A stretch of 64,000 nt of DNA, taken from the NCBI GenBank assembly GCA_964016885.1, contig OZ024741.1, positions 279,124,001 to 279,188,000 on the forward strand, written 5' to 3'. The position numbers were made by a program, and so were the translations under genes. The notes beneath the pieces are model-generated. The model was given only the letters and a program-made list of their open reading frames with translations, ran no database searches and was not told where the DNA came from. The stretch's first letter is position 1. Each line of letters starts with the position of its first letter. Of this stretch, positions 56,558 to 64,000 are shown piece by piece. Source of the DNA: Eledone cirrhosa (taxonomy: Eukaryota).

Positions 56558-57684
56558 AAAGAAAACTTCGCTCTACATAGCTGAATACAATAAATGTAAT
56601 CTGAGTTTTTCGAATATTAATAATAACATTCGATTTGTTTGCAATTTTGCAAACAAGCCTCAATTTTATAGCCATGTCAGGAGAAGGAACACTTCATTCT
56701 TGCTCTTATATTGGCATGCAAACAGAACTGCAGACACTAATGTTTCTGGGTATCACCTTTCATCAGTACAGCTCACTGTTCACCTGCCAAACTGTCAGAG
56801 CTAGTAAATATATATGCTATTTTCAAAAATACAGTGACTGATCGGCCTGATTTGCATATTAGCAGACTGGCTGATCAGTCAGATCTGCATATTAGCAGAT
56901 CCACTGATCAGAGGCTTGTTTGCAAAATTGCAAACGAAATTGGCAGTATCAGTAGAGGGTCGGACGCCATGCTTTGAAGTATAGAGTTACCTCCCTTTAT
57001 GATCTGAGTTCAAATCCCGCCGAGGTTGACTTTGCCTTTCATCCTTACGGGGTCGATAACATAAAGTACCAGTAATGCACTGGGTTATTGCTGGCCTTGT
57101 GCCTAAAGTAGAAACAATTATTAATATTCGAAAAACTCAGATTACATTTATTGTATACAGCCATGTAGAGCGAAATTTTCTTTTTTATTTGAATTTGGCA
57201 AAGCCGGCTATTTATCGCTCGTATACAGGAAACTGACTGGCCAGTCTGCTCATATGCAAATCTGGCTGATCTGTGGATCTGCAAATATGCAGATCTGACT
57301 GATCAGCCAATCTGCTAATATGCAAATCAGGCCGATCAGTCACTGTATATTTTTGAAAATAGCATATATTTTCACTAGCTCTGACAGTTTGGCAGGTGAA
57401 CAGTGAGCTGTACTGATGAAGGGTGATACCCAGAAACATTAGTGTCTGCAGTTCTGTTCGCATGTCAACATAAAGCAAGAATGAAATGTTCATTCTCCCG
57501 ACATGGCTATAAGATTGAGGCTTGTTTGCAAAATTGCAAACAAATCGAATGTTATTATTAACGAGGTTAGCTTTGCCTTTCATCCTTAAGGGGTTGATAA
57601 AATAAAGTACCAGTAATACACTGGGATAATTGCTGGCCTTGTGCCAAAAGTAGAAACAATTATTAATATTCGAAAAACTGGGAT

Positions 57685-57690
<6 letters not shown>
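56558..57690. mobile_element. Two oppositely oriented, differently permuted F1 retrozyme-like copies interleaved with family A SINE pieces
   Basis: 56558-56910(-) and 57118-57560(+) align to 10936-11434; SINE at 56940-57120 and 57562-57660. Confidence 0.75.
57398..57459 (+). ncRNA. Type I hammerhead ribozyme (F1); mirror copy at 56725-56774(-)
   Basis: GAACA-gt-GAGCTGTA-CTGATGA-aGGGT-GAT-ACCCa-GAAA-CA-TTAG-TG-TC-TGCAGTTC-TGTTC. Confidence 0.85.
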
Positions 57691-57715
<25 letters not shown>

Positions 57716-57719
<4 letters not shown>

Positions 57720-58495
57720 GTGGTTACACAACAGTTAGTTCACCATACCGAGAACAATTGTTTCACCTTCGCGGATCTTCAGCTCGGGATGTGTATGGTT
57801 ATAGGAACAGGAAGGACAACCGTACGAACGCGCATGCGCAGAAACTCGGTCACTTCACACAGGCAATACTAGACTGCATGCGGGTGGTGTAAGGGAGGTA
57901 ACTGCGAAAGTCCGGAAAGTTTTTTGGTTGAAAATAAAATAAAAAAAATTAAAAATAAAATTACAAAGAATCAGTCCGGAGCCTTGTAGTTATGAAATAG
58001 ATGTTTGGTGACGTGTGGACAACGTGTGAAACATTCACTTCTCGTGTTTAGGCAATCACTATTGCGTAATCTCTTTAGGATAGTTATTCGTTCGTCAATA
58101 CATAAGCCACACGTCGGATTTCCCCTTGCGTATGGCTTGAACTTAGTGATGGCTTTCCATTAATGGAGTACCCTATACTTGAGTCCTTGAGGGACCATAC
58201 GTGGCTCGCGAGTTTCGTGGATGAACGTCTGTCCGGGTATCTGAAGGTAGACTGGTGGTTCAGGAAACGCTCCTTGAATCGGCCCTCCGCCATGCCCACA
58301 TAGGATTTGACCTCCTGTGGTTCGTTTGGTCGGTTGGAAGTGACCACAGCTTCATAGATTACAGCTGGTGTGTTTCATTGTTGTTGAAGGGGGAAAGCTT
58401 CGGGCTTACGGCAAGAGCACCCTGGTGGGGTGTTGCTCCTAGGGCTGCTGGTGATGTGGGCCTTCATGTTCTTAGCGCAGCCGTACCTAACTCGT
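57716..58495 (-). mobile_element. Penelope-like 3' fragment (degenerate GIY-YIG) with canonical HHR at 57748-57787
   Basis: VIYEAVV..SYVGMAEGRFKERFLNH; CCGAG-CTGAAGA-tCC-GCGAA-GGt-GAAA-CAATTG-TT-CTCGG. Confidence 0.88.
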
Positions 58496-58549
58496 CCCTT
58501 GGACTGAGTGCTCTACCACTACGGATATTACCTTCCAGTGTTCCACCAC

Positions 58550-58667
<118 letters not shown>

Positions 58668-58745
58668 TATATGTGTATATGTGTGTATGTATGTGAATAT
58701 ATGTGTGTATATATATATATATATGTATATATTTTATATATATAT

Positions 58746-59185
58746 GCAAAAGTTCTATTTAAAGTTGTTGGGATACAACAAGTAAATATTTTTATATAAC
58801 TGATATAAAGCACTCGACAAGTTTTTGGAGTAGATATACGATATTAATAAATGGAAACTATATTTATAAAACCATATTTATTTCATTATACATATTTCAG
58901 GGATACCACATTAATTTATGGTATGCCTTCATCAGACAAAATACAATATATAACAGTTTTACAAATAGCTTTGACGTACCCTTTTAAAATGCAACCATAT
59001 CCAGACAGCCTCCAAAAGCAATGGTTGCATTTTAAAAGGGTACGTCAAAGCTATTTGCAAAACTGTTATATATTGTATTTTGTCTGATGAAGGCATACCA
59101 TAATTTAATGTGGTATCCCTGAAATATGTATAATGAAATAAATATGGTTTTATAAATATAGTTTCCATTTATTAATATCGTATAT
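58746..59185. mobile_element. Fold-back pLTR insertion (arms 58834-58998 / 59021-59185, 22-nt loop) with HHR motifs
   Basis: CTGATGA-AGGcATACCATA..TGTGGTATcCCT-GAAA-TAT-GTA at 59084-59130. Confidence 0.8.
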
Positions 59186-59250
59186 ATATATATATTTATA
59201 TATATATGGGTATATATATATATATGTATGTGTGAATGTATGTGTGTATG

Positions 59251-59285
<35 letters not shown>

Positions 59286-59417
59286 GTATGTATGTGTATA
59301 TATATATATATATGTATACATATATATACACACATATACGTGTGTATATGTATATATATATGTATATATGTGTATATATATGTATATATGTATATATATA
59401 TATTCACATATATATAG

Positions 59418-60094
59418 CGGCGATGAATTAGTTTTGCGAGGTTTTTTATATGAAATCGTGTGTCGAAACAGATATTGTTATATTTGGGGAGGGTCATATT
59501 TGCGTAATATTGCCAGAATTAATAACAGAACACACTCACTGTTTGGTTGGTTTTCGCTTCTCGCTGTCTTTTATATATATATATCTGCGATCTAACTTAC
59601 TCGGTCCTCAATGTTGCCATTGACTGACCGGCGGTCAAAAATAATACAGATACAATATAGACAAACACATATATATATAGTTTACATAAATCTTTCGTTG
59701 CACATCTGCAACATCGTCAGTGGTGTTATATTCATTGTTCCTCCTGTTGTGTTGTATGTCTACGCCATTTTTTTTGTTCAGTCTCTGAACAAAAAAAAAT
59801 GGCGTAGACATACAACACAACAGGAGGAACAATGAATATAACACCACTGACGATGTTGCAGATGTGCAACGAAAGATTTATGTAAACTATATATATATGT
59901 GTTTGTCTATATTGTATCTGTATTATTTTTGACCGCCGGTCAGTCAATGGCAACATTGAGGACCGAGTAAGTTAGATCGCAGATATATATATATAAAAGA
60001 CAGCGAGAAGCGAAAACCAACCAAACAGTGAGTGTGTTCTGTTATTAATTCTGGCAATATTACGCAAATATGACCCTCCCCAAATATAACAATA
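59418..60094. mobile_element. Fold-back insertion (arms 59473-59781 / 59785-60094, 3-nt loop) with HHR motifs
   Basis: CA-CTGACGA-t-GTTGCA-GATG-TGCAAC-GAAA-GATT-TA-TG at ~59845-59882. Confidence 0.8.
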
Positions 60095-60136
60095 CACATA
60101 TATATATATATATGTATATATATGTGTGTGTGTATA

Positions 60137-60187
<51 letters not shown>

Positions 60188-60406
60188 GTGTATATGTATA
60201 TATATATATATATTTGTATGTGTGTGTGTGTGTGTATGTATGTATGTACGTGTGTATATATATGTATGTGTATGTGTATGTATGTGCGTATGTGTATGTA
60301 TGTATATGTATATGTGTATGCATATGTATATATATATATATATATGTGTATATATATGTATATATATGTGTGAATGTGTGTATATGTGTGTGTATGTGTA
60401 TTTGTG

Positions 60407-60437
<31 letters not shown>

Positions 60438-60651
60438 GTGTATATGTATGTATATGTGTATATATGTGTGTATATGTGTATATATATGTGTATGTATATA
60501 TATATATATATGTGTGTATATATATGTATATGTATGTATATATATATGTATATATATATATGTGTGTGTGTATGTATGTATGTGTGTGTATGTATGTGTG
60601 TATCTGTGTATATATGTATGTATATGTATATATATATGTATATATATATAT

Positions 60652-61051
60652 GTCAACTCTGGATGTCGGTGAGCATGTCCAGCTAACCTCAGTCTCCTCT
60701 GTGTCACTTTTGAGCTGACATTTGGGAGGCTCCCATACAGCTCTGAGTTTTTCATCCTCAGTGTATACTGATTAATGTTCAGAGCCATCTTCAGCATTCT
60801 CGTGTAGCACCCATCCACCATCTGAGTGAGTTTCTTGGTCAGTGTCCAAGTCTCAGACCCGTACGGCAGCACTACAGCAATGTGCGAGCCCCTACATGGA
60901 CACACTGGAAGTGGAAGACCAAGGTTAACGTATGTTGATGCCCTAAGGACAGACACTGGTCTGTTGGAGACGCTGGACATGGCAGCGATAATGAGGGACA
61001 GAGACCGCTGGAGAGAACTCGTTCATGGATCTCGGGAATTTTACCCGCCCT

Positions 61052-61053
<2 letters not shown>
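60652..61053. mobile_element. 5'-inverted short copy of the RTE-like LINE
   Basis: 60652-60881 is the reverse complement of ~52429-52667; 60882-61053 matches ~52688-52833. Confidence 0.9.
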
Positions 61054-61125
<72 letters not shown>

Positions 61126-61545
61126 TAGAAAGTGAGGGTTTTTTTACAAAATGAAAAATAACCGAGGTGTCCTACACGAGTGAAAGTATAAAGAAAAAGA
61201 GATGAAATCGAAAATGCAACTGAAGTCTTATTTTTTTTTTTTTTTTTTTTTAATATATATATTTATTTGGTTCCTTTACCGGTTTCGCAGTTCTTCTGCT
61301 TTTCAAAAGGTGAGTTGAGATGGAGGGTCTGTGGTTTTTCTCACATCTGGTTAGTCTCTGAATGTTACTTGTTTTATATGGAAAAAGTGGCTCGAAATGC
61401 CAGGTTTTTCGAGAAGTAATTTGATTGGTTTGTCAATAATTATAATAAATTTCGCGCCAGTTCGCGTTACAATAGTTCTTCAAATAAGAAAGGGGGGGTT
61501 GTCACAGGTTGTTTTTTTCATATATGAGTGTTTGAATATATGAGT
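61126..61545 (-). mobile_element. Unrearranged pLTR of the 18078-18393 family, HHR at 61273-61310
   Basis: Near-identical to 18078-18262 and continues ..GAGATGGAGGGTCTGTGG.. Confidence 0.85.
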
Positions 61546-61614
61546 GTTTGAATATGTGTATATATATATATATATATATATGTGTATATATGTGTGTATG
61601 TGTGTGTATGTGTA

Positions 61615-61653
<39 letters not shown>

Positions 61654-61856
61654 ATATATATATGTGTATATGTATATATATGTGTATATGTGTATATATA
61701 TATATATATGTATATATATATGTACATGTATGTGTATGTATGTATATATATATATGCACATGTATATATATGTGTATATATATATACGTGTATGAGTATG
61801 TGTGTATATATGTATATATGTGTATATATGTATGTATATATATATTTATATGTATA

Positions 61857-61906
<50 letters not shown>

Positions 61907-62021
61907 GTGTGTGTATGTATATATATGTGTATATGTGTATGTGTATGTGTGTGTATATATGTTTATATATATGTGTATATATGTGTATATGTATGTGTAT
62001 GTGTGTGTATATGTGTGTATT

Positions 62022-62052
<31 letters not shown>

Positions 62053-62067
62053 GTATATGTATTTATA

Positions 62068-62166
<99 letters not shown>

Positions 62167-62277
62167 GTATATATATATATTTATGTGTATATATATGTGT
62201 ATGTATATGTATGTGTATGTGTGTATATATATATGTGTGTGTATGTATGTATGTATATGTGTATATATATATGTATA

Positions 62278-62360
<83 letters not shown>

Positions 62361-62381
62361 ATGTGTATATATATATGTATA

Positions 62382-62431
<50 letters not shown>

Positions 62432-62563
62432 TATACATATATATATACACATATACATACATACATACACACACATATATATATATACACACATACACAT
62501 ACATATACATACACATATATATACACATAAATATATATATATGTGCGTGAAGGAACGTATTTC

Positions 62564-63436
<873 letters not shown>

Positions 63437-63478
63437 GGGCATGTGGGCGTGTGTGTGTGTTTGTGAATGTGTCTGTTG

Positions 63479-63825
63479 ACACCTGGAATATAGCTTAAGA
63501 GAAATTTGAAGATAATGATATGATAGGCACCCAATATGTTGAACTGGTCTATAGAATTCTTTTGGCCTTTGTCACTCTAAGTAGAACTTTAAAGAATTAG
63601 CTTTTAAAGAATTTCCCTTTTCTTTAAATCCTTCAACCATGACCGACCTCCAACCATCTTATAGACACCTGAAATACAGGCATTGTTAGCTTAAGAGAAA
63701 CTTAAAAATAAGGAGTGGCACCCCAATCTGAACTTGTTTATAGAATTCTTTCTGCCTTTGTCACTCTAAATATAAATTATAGCGTTAAAGAATTAGCTTT
63801 TAATGAATTCCCTTTTCTATCAACC
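63479..63825. repeat. Diverged ~185-bp tandem duplication
   Basis: GACACCTG..AGCTTAAGAGAAA..TATAGAATTCTTT..GCCTTTGTCACTCTAA..AAAGAATTAGCTTTTAA occurs twice. Confidence 0.8.
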
Positions 63826-64000
63826 AATGACCTCTACCCATCCCACTCCCCACCCTCTCCTACCACCTGAAAAGACCTATATATACCACTTTTATTTTTG
63901 GATACCCAGATTCCTGATGATTTCTAAAGAAACAGTTCTAGTCCTGTAGAATCTCATCTATATTAAAACCTTTATACTCTGCTATGTATTGAGTACCTTG

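Noticed and set aside
63910-63940. CTGATGA...GAAA hammerhead-like string (also 10775-10795, 30530-30556, 30732, 49995-50030)
   Set aside because: Stems I-III cannot be formed convincingly or the core is too degenerate.

Overview
AT-rich, microsatellite-saturated eukaryotic DNA. The tRNA-SINE families and (TA)n/(CA)n density suggest a cephalopod such as Octopus (inference). It is probably intronic: a few candidate small + strand exons were found, but no recognisable host gene. Most ORFs in the track are simple-repeat artefacts. Real coding content is all from mobile elements: one apparently intact R4/Dong-type non-LTR element (1169 aa, RT+CCHC+RLE), a 5'-truncated RTE LINE plus a 5'-inverted copy, an L1/Tx1 fragment, several Penelope-like (RT/GIY-YIG) fragments, and hAT, Tc1/mariner and Helitron remnants. 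Two things stand out. (1) There are about 30 hammerhead-ribozyme (HHR) motifs, and three unrelated non-coding 300-440 bp tandem or circularly permuted HHR units (retrozyme-like) share an octamer-containing 23-nt motif 67-72 nt upstream of the ribozyme core. (2) At least six Penelope-derived insertions are fold-back palindromes sitting in (TA)n tracts, one with its unrearranged template in the same window showing 3-bp snap-back priming. All structures were read by eye; no folding or database search was run.
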